Numbered from the stretch's first letter, positions 9,470-18,897 are shown. The stretch is DNA of 64,000 bases from Pseudomonadota bacterium (GCA_039193455.1 JBCCWO010000012.1:5311-69310); one strand, 5' to 3'. The notes: generated by a model not told the origin, from the sequence alone. Numbers and translations are program-made.

Positions 9470-9934
9470 CTACTCGGTCGCCGCAAGACAGCCAGACCGC
9501 TCCATCCGCCCATCGCGCATCCGCACCCCGCAGATCCACGCCGGGGCCAGGGTGGCATCGTCGACCACGGGCGAGAAGCGGTCGGTATGGATGAACACCT
9601 GATCCAACCGCGCGCCCTCCAGAATGGTGTCGGTCAGGTCGACATAGATCATCGAGGTATAGCGCAGATCGGCGAAGGAGAGGTTGGTGCGGGTCAGGTT
9701 GGCGCCCTGGAACTCGGCGTTTCTAAGATCCGCGCCTGAGAGATCGGCGCCCGTCAGATCCGAGGATGACAGATCCGCGCCCGCCAACTGCGCCCCCGCC
9801 AGCCGGGCGCCCGTGAGATTGCAGTCGAAACAGGTGCCCGTGTCGAGAAGCCGCGCCACATGGGCCGGGTCGGCGGCCTGGGCGGGCGCGCCAACAGCCA
9901 GCACTGCGACCAATATGCCTGAGCGCAGACGCAT
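9470..9934 (-). CDS. Secreted pentapeptide-repeat protein
   Basis: Signal peptide MRLRSGILVAVLAVGAPAQA, then A(D/N)LxG-type pentapeptide repeats. AAGGAG lies 7 nt before ATG 9934. Confidence 0.8.
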   Translation of the reverse strand: MRLRSGILVAVLAVGAPAQAADPAHVARLLDTGTCFDCNLTGARLAGAQLAGADLSSSDLTGADLSGADLRNAEFQGANLTRTNLSFADLRYTSMIYVDLTDTILEGARLDQVFIHTDRFSPVVDDATLAPAWICGVRMRDGRMERSGCLAATE

Positions 9935-9986
9935 GCTTGCACTCCTTACAATCACTCAGACCCTTAGCACGAACCGGGCGCCGGCG

Positions 9987-11582
9987 CTACGCGCCAGCGG
10001 GTTCAGCGCCCTTTTGGGTCATCGAGATATGGGCCTCCGGGTCTGGGTTGGGGCAATTGCGGGCCAAGAGCGTACCAAGGCTCGCCGGTTTCTTAAGCAG
10101 GGCCCAGCCCACATCCCCGAAGGTGGCGCGCTTGTAAACATGTTCCGACAGGAGCGGGTTGGTGAGCGCCTGGGTGAAGGCATCAAGCGCCACCATCGTG
10201 CGGATCAGCTCGGGCAGCGGGCTGTTGGGGCTCAGGTCTTCGGCGAAGAGACCCACAAAGAACTCCACGTCGCGCGGGCTGTCGTACAGCCCGGCCAACA
10301 GATCCTGCACCTCGCGATCCGCGGAGATGTCGGCAAAGGTTGAGGGCGCGGACAGCCCCACATAGCGGCGATAGGCGGCATAGGTGTCGAGCTTGGCCAG
10401 GCGGCCCTGATCGATCGAATTGCCCTCGATATGCAAGAGCGCCTCGGGCGTGTTGAACGGGCCCAGACGGCCCGAAGCTTGCGCGCTCATATCCGCGAAC
10501 GCGCCCGCCAGCCCCCGTGCGGTCAAGAGCGCGTTGTTGTGAAACGTCTCATGCACCGGCAGGGTCTGGCTGCCCCAACGGATCGTGGCGGGCACCAGCG
10601 CGTGCCAGCGGTAGAGCAGGCTGAACTCGGTGGTGATCCACACCTCGCGGTTCCATTTCTTGTTCCAGGCGACCGATGGGTCGGCGCGGAACTGAAACGG
10701 GGTGGCGCCGATATGGGTGATGTATTCCTCGATCACGATCTTGATGAAGAGGACGATCATCACGTTGCGGGTGGTCTGGAACACACGCTCGTCATCCCAG
10801 TCGGGTTCGCTGTCGCAGATCAGGGCGGCCACGCGGTTGTGTTCGCGCAGCAAGAGCGTGTTGATCATCACCACCTGCGGGGCCGTGTTCACGCGGTCGC
10901 CGCCCACGGCAAAAAGCTGGGCCTGATGGTCGGGCGGGACGGTGTTGGGGTCAAAGAGCGGCGGGTCCAGGTCACCGAAGGTATCGGCGTCGTAATAGGG
11001 CGAATACTCTTCGCCATTGATATCTTGCGACAAAAGCCGCCCGCGCTGACCCGGCGTATCATCCAGCGCCCGCAAGGCCCGGGCCTGCAGATCGTTGCGG
11101 CCATAGAGCGTGCAGAGATCGATGTTGTGGGTCGAAGTATTGCGCAGGTTCTGCGCCGTGGTGCGGTCAAGCGGGTTGGGGTGCAGTACGCCGCTGCGGA
11201 TGAACCCGTCGGTGAGGTATTGCGCAAAGGCCGGGAACAGGCAGGTGGAATAGGGGCTGAGCCGCTGCTGCCCGTCCTTCTGGCGGAACAGATCGAGGAG
11301 CCGATCGATGTCGGGGTGTGCGACATCGTCTGCCTCGGGCAGGTGGCGCGCGGAATAGGTCTTGTCGGTCAGCGACGTCCAACTGGTATAGGGATGCACC
11401 GTGCTCCACGGATGGGGCCGGTTGCGCGCAACGCTGGCGGCGCGGTGGACGATCAGCCGGTTGAACAAGGCGCCAAGCGTCTCGGACCGGCTGACAAAGG
11501 AAATCAGGGAAGCGATGAAGGGGTGCATGGGAAAATCCGTGATCCAAACCGAATGGCTCGAAGGATACGCGATCTCCGCCAT
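9987..11582 (-). CDS. Cyclooxygenase-like haem peroxidase (animal haem peroxidase superfamily)
   Basis: LLLREHNRV, KIVIEEYITHI, LLYRWHALVP and THNIDLCTLYG parallel COX motifs WLREHNRV, KIVIEEYVQQL, LYHWHPLMP and GHGVDLGHIYG (by-eye recall). Confidence 0.8.
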   Translation of the reverse strand: MAEIAYPSSHSVWITDFPMHPFIASLISFVSRSETLGALFNRLIVHRAASVARNRPHPWSTVHPYTSWTSLTDKTYSARHLPEADDVAHPDIDRLLDLFRQKDGQQRLSPYSTCLFPAFAQYLTDGFIRSGVLHPNPLDRTTAQNLRNTSTHNIDLCTLYGRNDLQARALRALDDTPGQRGRLLSQDINGEEYSPYYDADTFGDLDPPLFDPNTVPPDHQAQLFAVGGDRVNTAPQVVMINTLLLREHNRVAALICDSEPDWDDERVFQTTRNVMIVLFIKIVIEEYITHIGATPFQFRADPSVAWNKKWNREVWITTEFSLLYRWHALVPATIRWGSQTLPVHETFHNNALLTARGLAGAFADMSAQASGRLGPFNTPEALLHIEGNSIDQGRLAKLDTYAAYRRYVGLSAPSTFADISADREVQDLLAGLYDSPRDVEFFVGLFAEDLSPNSPLPELIRTMVALDAFTQALTNPLLSEHVYKRATFGDVGWALLKKPASLGTLLARNCPNPDPEAHISMTQKGAEPAGA

Positions 11583-11602
11583 GCTCCAAAGGTGGAAATC
11601 CC

Positions 11603-14473
11603 CTACTCTGCCGCGTCCAGATACTCCTCTAGCGGCGGACAGGTGCAGACGAGGTGCCGGTCGCCATAGACATTGTCGACCCGGTTGACCGGCGGCCAGT
11701 ACTTATCCACCCGGAACGCCCCCGCAGGATAGCACCCCACTTCGCGGGAATAGGGCCGGTCCCAGTCGCCCACCAGATCCTCGACCGTATGAGGCGCGCG
11801 TTTCAGCGGGTTGTTTTCGGCATCCACCTCACCCGCTTCGATCTGGCGGATCTCTTCGCGGATGGCGAGCATCGCGTCGCAGAACCGGTCCAGCTCGGCC
11901 TTGGTCTCGCTCTCGGTCGGCTCGACCATCAGGGTCCCGGCGATGGGCCAGCTCATGGTGGGCGCGTGAAACCCGTTATCGATCAGGCGCTTGGCGATAT
12001 CGTCAACGGTCGCACCCGCCTCGGCGAAGGGCCGGGTGTCGAGGATACATTCATGCGCAATCCAGCCCGCCTTGCCGGTGAACAGGATGTCATAGGCCCC
12101 CTCCAGCCGCTTGGCGATGTAGTTGGCGTTCAGGATCGCGACCCGCGTCGCCTGGGTCAGCCCCTCACCGCCCATCATGAGCACATAGGCCCAGGAGATC
12201 GGCAGGATCGAGGCCGAGCCAAAGGGCGCCGCCGCCACCGGCCCCTCGCGCCCACCGGTTTCGGGATGGCCGGGCAGGAACGGGGCGAGGTGATGCTTCA
12301 CACCGATGGGCCCCATGCCCGGGCCGCCGCCGCCGTGGGGGATGCAGAAGGTCTTGTGCAGGTTCAGGTGGCTCACATCGGCGCCGATCTCACCCGGTTT
12401 GACAAGCCCCACCAGCGCGTTGAGGTTCGCGCCATCCAGATAGACCTGCCCCCCATTGGCATGGGTGATCGCGCAGACCTCGCGCACGGTTTCCTCGAAC
12501 ACGCCATGGGTCGAGGGATAGGTGATCATGCAGGCGGCCAGATTGTCGCCTGCCGCCGCCGCCTTGGCCCGGAAATCCAGCAGATCGATGTCGCCATTGG
12601 CCGCCGACTGGACCACGACCACCTCCATCCCGGCCATCTGGGCCGAGGCCGGGTTGGTTCCATGGGCAGACACCGGGATCAGGCAGATATTGCGATGCCC
12701 TTCCCCCCGCGCGCGGTGATAGGCCGCGATGGTCAGAAGCCCCGCATATTCGCCCTGCGCGCCCGAATTCGGCTGCATCGACATCGCGTCATAGCCGGTG
12801 ATCTCACACAGCTTCGCCTCAAGATCGGCGATCATCTCGTGATACCCCGCCACCTGATCGGCAGGCGCAAAGGGATGCAGGTTCGCAAAATCCGGCCAGG
12901 TGATCGGCATCATCTCGGCCGCGGAGTTGAGCTTCATCGTGCAGGACCCCAGCGGGATCATCGCGCGATCCAGCGCCAGATCCCGGTCGGCGAGCCGACG
13001 CATATAGCGCATCATCTCGGTCTCGGCGCGGTTGTGGTGAAAGGTCGGGTGGGTGAGGTAGTCGGTGTCCCGCACCAGCCCCTCGGGCACGCGGTGGTAG
13101 TCGGCGGGAAAGTCATCGCGGCTGTGGCTGAGGCCAAAGGCCCGCCAGACCCCTTCCAAGACGGCGGGGCGGATCGTCTCATCCACCGTGATGCCAATCT
13201 TCGTCTCGCCCACCTTACGAAAGTTGATCCGCTCGCGCCGCCCGGCCTCGAGGATCACACCCTGCAGTGATCCGACCTCGACCGTTAAGGTGTCAAAGAA
13301 GTGTTCCGGCTCAATGGTATAACCACCGGCCTCCAGCCCGCGGGCCAGCCGGTCGGTCTTGCGATGGATGCGTTGCGCAATCGCCTTCAGCCCCTTCGGC
13401 CCGTGGAACACCGCATAAAACGACGCCATCACCGCCAGCAACGCCTGCGCGGTACACACGTTCGATGTCGCCTTTTCGCGGCGGATATGTTGTTCGCGCG
13501 TTTGCAGCGACAGCCGGTAGGCCTTGTTGCCCCGCGCATCCACCGACACGCCGACCAGCCGCCCGGGCAGCGCGCGCTTATAGGCATCGCGGCAGGCCAT
13601 ATAGGCGGCATGGGGCCCGCCAAAGCCCAGGGGCACGCCAAAGCGCTGGGTCGAGCCCACGGCGATATCGGCGCCCATCGCGCCCGGTTCCTTCAGGAGC
13701 GTCAGCATCAGCGGATCGGCAATCACGATCCCGATGGCCTTCGCCGCATGTAGCGCCGCAATCTCATCGGTGAAATCGCGCAGATGCCCGTAGGTCCCCG
13801 GATACTGGAAGATCGCGCCGAACACCGCCCCTGGCTCCAGGTCCTCTGGCGCGCCCACGATCACCTCGATCCCAAGCGGCGCCGCGCGGGTCTGCATCAC
13901 CTCGATGTTTTGTGGATGGCAGTTCTCATCGACAAAGAACGCGGTGGCTTTCGACTTCGCCACCCGCTGCGCCATGGTCATCGCCTCGGCCGCCGCCGTC
14001 GACTCGTCGAGAAGCGAGGCATTGGCCACCTCCAGCCCGGTCAGATCGCTCACCATCGTCTGGTAGTTGAGCAAGGCCTCAAGCCGCCCCTGGCTGATCT
14101 CGGGCTGATAGGGCGTGTAGGCGGTGTACCATGCCGGGTTCTCAAGGATATTGCGCTGGATCGCCGGCGGCGTGACCGTGCCGTGATAGCCCTGCCCGAT
14201 CATGGTGGTGAAGATGGTGTTCTTCTGCGCCACCTGCCGCATCCGCCAGATCAGTTCCCGCTCGGACAGGGGTTTGCCGAAATCAAGCGGGGTCTCTTGC
14301 CGGATATCTGCGGGGATCGTCTGGTCAATCAGCTGGTCCAGACCATCGACGCCGATCACCTTGAACATCTCGGCCATCTCTTCGGGCGAGGGCCCGATAT
14401 GGCGACGATTGGCAAAGTCGTAAGGCAGGTAATCGGTCGGCTCGAATGCCATCTCAGCTCTCCTCAGGGGCAC
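11603..14473 (-). CDS. gcvP: Glycine dehydrogenase (decarboxylating), P protein
   Basis: 956 aa single-chain P protein in a gcvT-gcvH-gcvP context. Confidence 0.95.
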   Translation of the reverse strand: MPLRRAEMAFEPTDYLPYDFANRRHIGPSPEEMAEMFKVIGVDGLDQLIDQTIPADIRQETPLDFGKPLSERELIWRMRQVAQKNTIFTTMIGQGYHGTVTPPAIQRNILENPAWYTAYTPYQPEISQGRLEALLNYQTMVSDLTGLEVANASLLDESTAAAEAMTMAQRVAKSKATAFFVDENCHPQNIEVMQTRAAPLGIEVIVGAPEDLEPGAVFGAIFQYPGTYGHLRDFTDEIAALHAAKAIGIVIADPLMLTLLKEPGAMGADIAVGSTQRFGVPLGFGGPHAAYMACRDAYKRALPGRLVGVSVDARGNKAYRLSLQTREQHIRREKATSNVCTAQALLAVMASFYAVFHGPKGLKAIAQRIHRKTDRLARGLEAGGYTIEPEHFFDTLTVEVGSLQGVILEAGRRERINFRKVGETKIGITVDETIRPAVLEGVWRAFGLSHSRDDFPADYHRVPEGLVRDTDYLTHPTFHHNRAETEMMRYMRRLADRDLALDRAMIPLGSCTMKLNSAAEMMPITWPDFANLHPFAPADQVAGYHEMIADLEAKLCEITGYDAMSMQPNSGAQGEYAGLLTIAAYHRARGEGHRNICLIPVSAHGTNPASAQMAGMEVVVVQSAANGDIDLLDFRAKAAAAGDNLAACMITYPSTHGVFEETVREVCAITHANGGQVYLDGANLNALVGLVKPGEIGADVSHLNLHKTFCIPHGGGGPGMGPIGVKHHLAPFLPGHPETGGREGPVAAAPFGSASILPISWAYVLMMGGEGLTQATRVAILNANYIAKRLEGAYDILFTGKAGWIAHECILDTRPFAEAGATVDDIAKRLIDNGFHAPTMSWPIAGTLMVEPTESETKAELDRFCDAMLAIREEIRQIEAGEVDAENNPLKRAPHTVEDLVGDWDRPYSREVGCYPAGAFRVDKYWPPVNRVDNVYGDRHLVCTCPPLEEYLDAAE

Positions 14474-14484
14474 GCGGCCCGCAT

Positions 14485-14527
14485 CCTCTTTGGTCCAAAA
14501 ATATCCCCGCCGGAGGCACTCGCCCCC
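14485..14527 (-). repeat. REP-like intergenic repeat, copy C (fills the gcvH-gcvP spacer)
   Basis: The reverse complement GGGGGCGAGTGCCTCCGGCGGGGATATTTTTGGACCAAAGAGG belongs to the repeat family. Positions 14487-14519 match 63757-63788 at all but one position. Confidence 0.65.
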
Positions 14528-14537
14528 GCGGCAATGT

Positions 14538-14897
14538 TCACCCGATGAAGTCCTTGTAGGCGTCTTCGTCCATCATCTTGTCCATCTCGCCCAGATCCTC
14601 GGCCTTGATCTTGAAGAACCATGCGTCGCCGGTCGGATCCTCGTTCACGAGCGCCGGATTGTCGGCCAGCGCCTCGTTCACCGCGACGATCTCACCATCG
14701 AGGGGGGCAAGAATGTCGGAGGCGGCCTTGACGCTTTCGATCACCACGATCTCATCGCCCTTGGCGACCTGCGTCTCAAGCTCTGGCAGTTCGACAAACA
14801 CCACATCGCCCAGCTGTTCGCTGGCATGTTCGGTGATCCCGACAACCACGACATCCCCATCGACGCGCAGCCATTCATGGTCTTCGGTGTATTTCAT
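14538..14897 (-). CDS. gcvH: Glycine cleavage system H protein
   Basis: [15 protein letters not shown]..., lipoyl-lysine motif [17 protein letters not shown] before ATG 14897. Confidence 0.95.
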   Translation of the reverse strand: MKYTEDHEWLRVDGDVVVVGITEHASEQLGDVVFVELPELETQVAKGDEIVVIESVKAASDILAPLDGEIVAVNEALADNPALVNEDPTGDAWFFKIKAEDLGEMDKMMDEDAYKDFIG

Positions 14898-14910
14898 TTG
14901 TCCCTCGCTG

Positions 14911-16035
14911 TTATCGTTTGAAATTTGCTGGTGTGAACGGCATCGGCGCCACCGTCGCCGGCAGGCGTTTACCGCGCACCTCACCGTAAACCGTTGTCCC
15001 GGTCGCAGAATGCGGCGCGGTGACATAGGCCATGGACATTGGCCCCTCGATCGTGGGCCCAAAGGCGCCCGAGGTCACGACGCCGACCTCGGCACCGTCT
15101 GCGCCAAAGATCACCGTGCCCGCCCGCATCGGCGCGCGGCCCTCGGGGCGCAGGCCCACGCGTTTGCGCGCCGCGCCGTCCGCCATCTCGCCCAGAATGC
15201 GCGCGGCCCCGGGAAAGCCGCCCGCGCGGTCGCCGCCGGCACGCCGCACCTTTTGGATGGCCCAGGTCAGCCCGGCCTCCACCGGGCTGGTCGTCGCGTC
15301 GATGTCGCTGCCGTACAGGCACAGCCCCGCCTCCAGCCGCAGCGAGTCGCGCGCGCCAAGGCCAATCGGCGCAACCTCCTCCATCGCCAGAAGCGCCTGC
15401 GCGAAACCCGTGGCCTCGGCCCCGGGCACCGAGATCTCGAACCCGTCTTCCCCGGTATAGCCCGAGCGTGACACCCAGATCTCCCCGCCCGCCAGCGGGA
15501 TCACGGCCACGTCCATGAACCGCATATCGGTCACCTCCGGCGCGATCCGCGCCAGCGCGGTTTCAGCCTGCGGGCCCTGCAACGCCAGAAGCGCACGGTC
15601 CGTCACCTCGATCACCTCGCAGGTGTCGCCCAGTCCGGCCTGCATCCGCGCCAGATCCGCCGCCTTGCAGGCCGCATTCACCACGACAAACAGATGGTCG
15701 CCCCGGTTGGCGACCATCAGATCATCCTCGATCCCGCCTGAGTCATTGGTAAAGAAGGCATAGCGCTGCCGCCCCTCGGCCAGCCCCAGCACATCCACCG
15801 GCACGAGCGTCTCGAACGCCCGCGCGGCATCGGCCACGTCGCCAGACCGGGGGCGCAGGATCACCTGCCCCATGTGGCTGACGTCAAACAGGCCCGCTGC
15901 CCCCCGGCAGTGCAGATGCTCCTTCATCACGCCAAGCGGGTATTGCACGGGCATCTCATAGCCCGCGAAGGGCACCATCTTGGCGTCCAGCTCCAGATGC
16001 AGGTTATACAGCCCTGTGCGCTTCAGATCGGCCAT
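14911..16035 (-). CDS. gcvT: Aminomethyltransferase, T protein
   Basis: [32 protein letters not shown]... Start at ATG 16035. The longer ORF to 16191 runs through the riboswitch remnant. Confidence 0.95.
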   Translation of the reverse strand: MADLKRTGLYNLHLELDAKMVPFAGYEMPVQYPLGVMKEHLHCRGAAGLFDVSHMGQVILRPRSGDVADAARAFETLVPVDVLGLAEGRQRYAFFTNDSGGIEDDLMVANRGDHLFVVVNAACKAADLARMQAGLGDTCEVIEVTDRALLALQGPQAETALARIAPEVTDMRFMDVAVIPLAGGEIWVSRSGYTGEDGFEISVPGAEATGFAQALLAMEEVAPIGLGARDSLRLEAGLCLYGSDIDATTSPVEAGLTWAIQKVRRAGGDRAGGFPGAARILGEMADGAARKRVGLRPEGRAPMRAGTVIFGADGAEVGVVTSGAFGPTIEGPMSMAYVTAPHSATGTTVYGEVRGKRLPATVAPMPFTPANFKR

Positions 16036-16130
16036 GGTCGCTCCCGTCTTATACCGGGGTCCAGGCCGCCCGGCACCGTTCCAGGCGCGTGATCCGCGCC
16101 CGCCGATGCCCCCTCTGTCCTTCTGCCTGA
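16036..16130 (-). promoter_or_regulatory. gcvT leader: 3' end of glycine riboswitch aptamer II (UCAGGCAGAAGGACAGAG) plus expression platform
   Basis: Minus strand 16130->16113 reads TCAGGCAGAAGGACAGAG, the conserved 3' core and P1 strand of a glycine aptamer. The 5' part of that aptamer is absent locally. Confidence 0.7.
16123..16130. repeat. 8-bp direct repeat CTGCCTGA, left junction of the islet
   Basis: An identical 8-mer sits at 18837-18844. Both copies are the riboswitch core sequence UCAGGCAG on the minus strand. Confidence 0.7.
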
Positions 16131-16284
16131 TATTGCCACTATTGAGCGAAATCAGCAGGTTGGGTTGGCTAACCCATGAGAGAGCACCCAAAGTGTTCCA
16201 ACGGCTTTTTCAGATATGGCTAACCGATTGTCTAGCCATCTCGCCTGCGATGTGCAGGCTATCAACCATGCACAGGAGAGACGC

Positions 16285-16749
16285 ATGACGAAAGACCCCT
16301 TCGACTTCTCGGACCTTTCGGACCTCCCGGAAGAACTCCAGAAGAAGCTCAACACCGAAACGCAGGACCGTGCATCCGAGTTCGCCGCAGTCGTCATCAA
16401 GGGCGCTGAGGCAGGTCACGATCAGCTAACCATCAACCACATCATTGCCGCTGCTACGCGGATGGGGATGGACATTCCCTCTCAGCAGACTGTTCGGGGA
16501 TACCTGAACAAGGCAGTCGATATGGGCCTCATCTCGAAGCCCACTCGCCAAACCTACGGCCTGCCCAGCAAGCGCAGCCGGAAGGAGGACGCGGGCCTTG
16601 AGGGAGACGGCGATGCTGTTGTGACCTCCGAGGTGGAAGCACCCGTGGATGAGCCCGTGGTTGCGGAGACCATCACCGAAGCCAACGCGGCTGAGCCGGT
16701 GGAACTCCAGGCTAAGACCGACAACACGGACCCGCTCGCGGACCTATAA
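16285..16749 (+). CDS. Hypothetical protein (possible winged-helix N-terminus, acidic disordered C-terminus)
   Basis: AGGAGAG RBS before ATG 16285 and a terminator hairpin downstream. No family recognised. Confidence 0.55.
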   Translation: MTKDPFDFSDLSDLPEELQKKLNTETQDRASEFAAVVIKGAEAGHDQLTINHIIAAATRMGMDIPSQQTVRGYLNKAVDMGLISKPTRQTYGLPSKRSRKEDAGLEGDGDAVVTSEVEAPVDEPVVAETITEANAAEPVELQAKTDNTDPLADL

Positions 16750-16805
16750 TACCTGACCACCACTCAGGGTAGCGGACAGACGCCAAAGGCGCACCGCTAA
16801 CGCAA

Positions 16806-16839
16806 GGCTCTCTCCAGATCGGAGGGGGCCTTTTTCTTT
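16806..16839 (+). terminator. Rho-independent terminator
   Basis: GGCTCTCTCC-AGATC-GGAGGGGGCC (10-bp stem including two G:U pairs) followed by TTTTTCTTT. Confidence 0.6.
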
Positions 16840-16867
16840 GACCGGCTGACACCCGAGGAAACCCCGA

Positions 16868-17362
16868 ATGAAACGTATCATCTTTGCGACCGCCGCTCTG
16901 GCGGCCCTTTCGGCATGCGCCATCCCCAACACGCAACCTCAGCCCATTGACGCCTGCATCACCGGCTCTGTTGAGTTCCGGAAATCAGGCCAGTGCGTTG
17001 ACTGGAAGACCGTGACATCCACCGAGACCGTCGAAGAGGTTCGCGCCCGTGGCGTGTCCGATGGCTCGATCCACTCCAAGGACAATCTAACCAGCATGGG
17101 CAACGCTGCCTCTGATGGCGCGGAGATCGTCCGGGTCCGCTCGACCCAGCCACAGACCGTATCGCTGCGTGAAGCGGGTGGCGGTACGACCACAATCGAA
17201 GTCGATGCTGGCGACACGCTGGTGGAAGTCTCCGATGGCGCGACTGTCATCGCCGAGTTCCAAGGCTCCGGTGCCAAGAAGACCAAGGCGACCGGGAACC
17301 AGACCTTCAATGACGTGACCGAGGTTGAGGTAACGACCTCCACCCGCGTTCGGGAGGACTGA
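16868..17362 (+). CDS. Lipoprotein, unknown function
   Basis: Signal peptide with lipobox MKRIIFATAALAALSAC. Confidence 0.65.
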   Translation: MKRIIFATAALAALSACAIPNTQPQPIDACITGSVEFRKSGQCVDWKTVTSTETVEEVRARGVSDGSIHSKDNLTSMGNAASDGAEIVRVRSTQPQTVSLREAGGGTTTIEVDAGDTLVEVSDGATVIAEFQGSGAKKTKATGNQTFNDVTEVEVTTSTRVRED

Positions 17363-17365
17363 TCT

Positions 17366-17608
17366 ATGGCCCACGCTGTTCTCTCTGACGCGGAGCAGAA
17401 ACTGCCGCGCCGCATTCGCCGTGCCCTCCTGGCTGATCGCCGCCGCACGGTGAAGAAGCACACGCCGTTTGGTCGGGTGAAGGTACTCGACCTTGAGAGT
17501 GGAGTGGAGCCTCAAGACGACCGCGTTGTCTACCGGCACTTCACCAAGGGTGTCATGGACCGACGCACCACGTTCCCGCTGCTCGACAACCTCATCTCGA
17601 TTGGGTGA
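17366..17608 (+). CDS. Hypothetical protein (80 aa)
   Basis: Starts 4 nt after the upstream stop and is in operon packing. No family recognised. Confidence 0.45.
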   Translation: MAHAVLSDAEQKLPRRIRRALLADRRRTVKKHTPFGRVKVLDLESGVEPQDDRVVYRHFTKGVMDRRTTFPLLDNLISIG

Positions 17609-17612
17609 GGCC

Positions 17613-17822
17613 ATGAAGAGCGAGCCAGCAATCTTCATCCGCAAGGAAACCGCAGACGTAATCGCTTCTGGCCTGCTGGGCCGGATCAGCGACCTCGTGG
17701 CCTACGCAGTCCGTCCGCATAAGCGGCGCGGGGAGATGCAGGGCTACACCGTGAGCCTGCGCTACCGGTGCGGAAACATCCACACACTGACGGAGCAAAC
17801 CGTTGAGCAGATAGGAGCCTGA
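17613..17822 (+). CDS. Hypothetical protein (69 aa)
   Basis: ATG 17613 is preceded by GGTGAGG. Tightly packed with its neighbours. Confidence 0.45.
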   Translation: MKSEPAIFIRKETADVIASGLLGRISDLVAYAVRPHKRRGEMQGYTVSLRYRCGNIHTLTEQTVEQIGA

Positions 17823-17825
17823 CCA

Positions 17826-18620
17826 ATGAGGCCCATTACACATCTCTATGCCCCGTTCCCCGTGATTGACACAAAACGCGGAACGGGACGAACGACCCTG
17901 ATGCTGGTGGATGCATTCCACGAGGCGAAGAACGGAACTTCTGTGTTCGTCCTGTTCCCCACCCACGCACTAGCTAGACATGCGGCCTCTCAATTCGAGG
18001 ACACGTTCCGTTGTACCGTTTATTCCAACCTACTCATAGGCGTAGGTAACCCAGCACGGGAAGTGGAGCGATACCGGATGAAGAACCCGGACGGTATCCA
18101 CACATGGACTGAGGCCGAGATACGCAAGTTTCAGGAGAGATGGCCCGAAGGTACAACAGCAGACCTCGTCATAGCGCTGATGCTCTATACTGGCGCGGCC
18201 CGATCTGACGCGGTGCAGCTTGGCCCTCGGAACATCAAGGACGGGCGCTTGCAGTATGAGCGTCAGAAGATGAAGGGGCGCGATGGTGTTCTAGTGGACA
18301 TCCCACTGCACCCCGAGCTACAGCGGAGACTAGAGCCACTGATGGATCAGGACACCTTCCTCCAGACTGACTGGGGAAAGCCACGATCCGCGAACGGCCT
18401 GACGCAGAGCATACGTGGGTGGGTTGAAGCGGCGAAGCTTCCGCACTGCACGTCACACGGACTGCGTAAGGCGTGCGCCAGACGGCTTGCAGAAGCAGGG
18501 GCCACGCCCCACTAGATCATGTCCGTCACCGGACACAAGACCCTGGGTGAGGTCGCAAGGTACACTCAGAAGGTGCAGCGGGCTGGTCTCGCAGACAGCG
18601 CCATAGAGAGGATTAAATGA
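17826..18620 (+). pseudogene. Tyrosine recombinase (phage integrase family) remnant: 5'-truncated, chimeric and interrupted by TAG at 18513
   Basis: From about aa 75, GNPAREVERYRMKNPDGIHTWTEAEIRKF..TGAARSD..HGLRKACARR matches an integrase catalytic domain. After TAG 18513-18515 the same frame continues IMSVTGHKTLGEVARYT (His and catalytic Tyr) to TGA 18618-18620. Confidence 0.8.
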
Positions 18621-18817
18621 GGTTCATCTGGCCGATCATTCTGTTCATAGCCGGATTGGAAATCTGGAACCGGATAGTATTGCCGATGGACCTAGACGCA
18701 GACGTTGTCGGTCCACTCATCATGGCAGTTGCGGTGATCTGGATGGTGCTTCTATTGGCTAACCTACGCAAAAGGTTAGCCAGCAGTGAGCCGCAAGACA
18801 CTGACAAACAAGGCTAA
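18617..18817 (+). CDS. Small two-TM membrane protein (66 aa)
   Basis: GAGAGGA RBS. The ATG overlaps the ancestral integrase stop (ATGA). Two hydrophobic helices. Confidence 0.5.
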   Translation: MRFIWPIILFIAGLEIWNRIVLPMDLDADVVGPLIMAVAVIWMVLLLANLRKRLASSEPQDTDKQG

Positions 18818-18836
18818 CCGCACTCTAACTCACAAC

Positions 18837-18886
18837 CTGCCTGAGATCGTTATCCCTTCGGCGCCCCGTCCGGGGTCTCTCCAGAG
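18837..18886 (-). promoter_or_regulatory. Glycine riboswitch aptamer II, 5' two thirds only (truncated by the islet)
   Basis: Minus strand: CUCUGGAGAG ACCCC-GGAC-GGGG CGCCGAAGGGAUAA CGAUCUCAGGCAG, followed by unrelated islet sequence. Confidence 0.8.
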
Positions 18887-18897
18887 TGTCGATGCCC

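Larger units (their letters stand above)
16131..18836 (+). mobile_element. Degenerate integrative islet (about 2.7 kb) with a dead tyrosine integrase
   Basis: Visibly AT-richer than the flanks and bounded by an 8-bp direct repeat. It interrupts a conserved RNA element. Six tightly packed plus-strand ORFs include an integrase remnant at the right end. GGCTAACC 8-mers cluster at both ends. Confidence 0.7.

Noticed and set aside
10431-13270. Two long plus-strand ORFs (10431-11669, 412 aa; 11654-13270, 538 aa) opposite the COX-like gene and gcvP.
   Set aside because: They are antisense shadows of unmistakable minus-strand genes. Composition is Arg/Gly/His/Pro-biased and nothing is recognisable.
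16036-16191. N-terminal extension of the gcvT ORF (track start 16191).
   Set aside because: The extension reads through the riboswitch remnant and the islet junction. The conserved GcvT N-terminus [10 protein letters not shown] begins at ATG 16035 with a GGGAG RBS.
16131-16284. Tried to identify an outward-facing promoter at the left islet end that could drive gcvTHP.
   Set aside because: Only weak -35/-10-like hexamers with poor spacing are present (for example TTAGCC ... CTCAAT, 20 nt apart). I cannot support a promoter call from sequence alone.
18513-18515. In-frame TAG in the integrase as programmed read-through or pyrrolysine.
   Set aside because: The gene is also 5'-truncated and chimeric, and there is no Pyl machinery or PYLIS-like context visible. 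A simple nonsense mutation in a decaying gene is the parsimonious reading.
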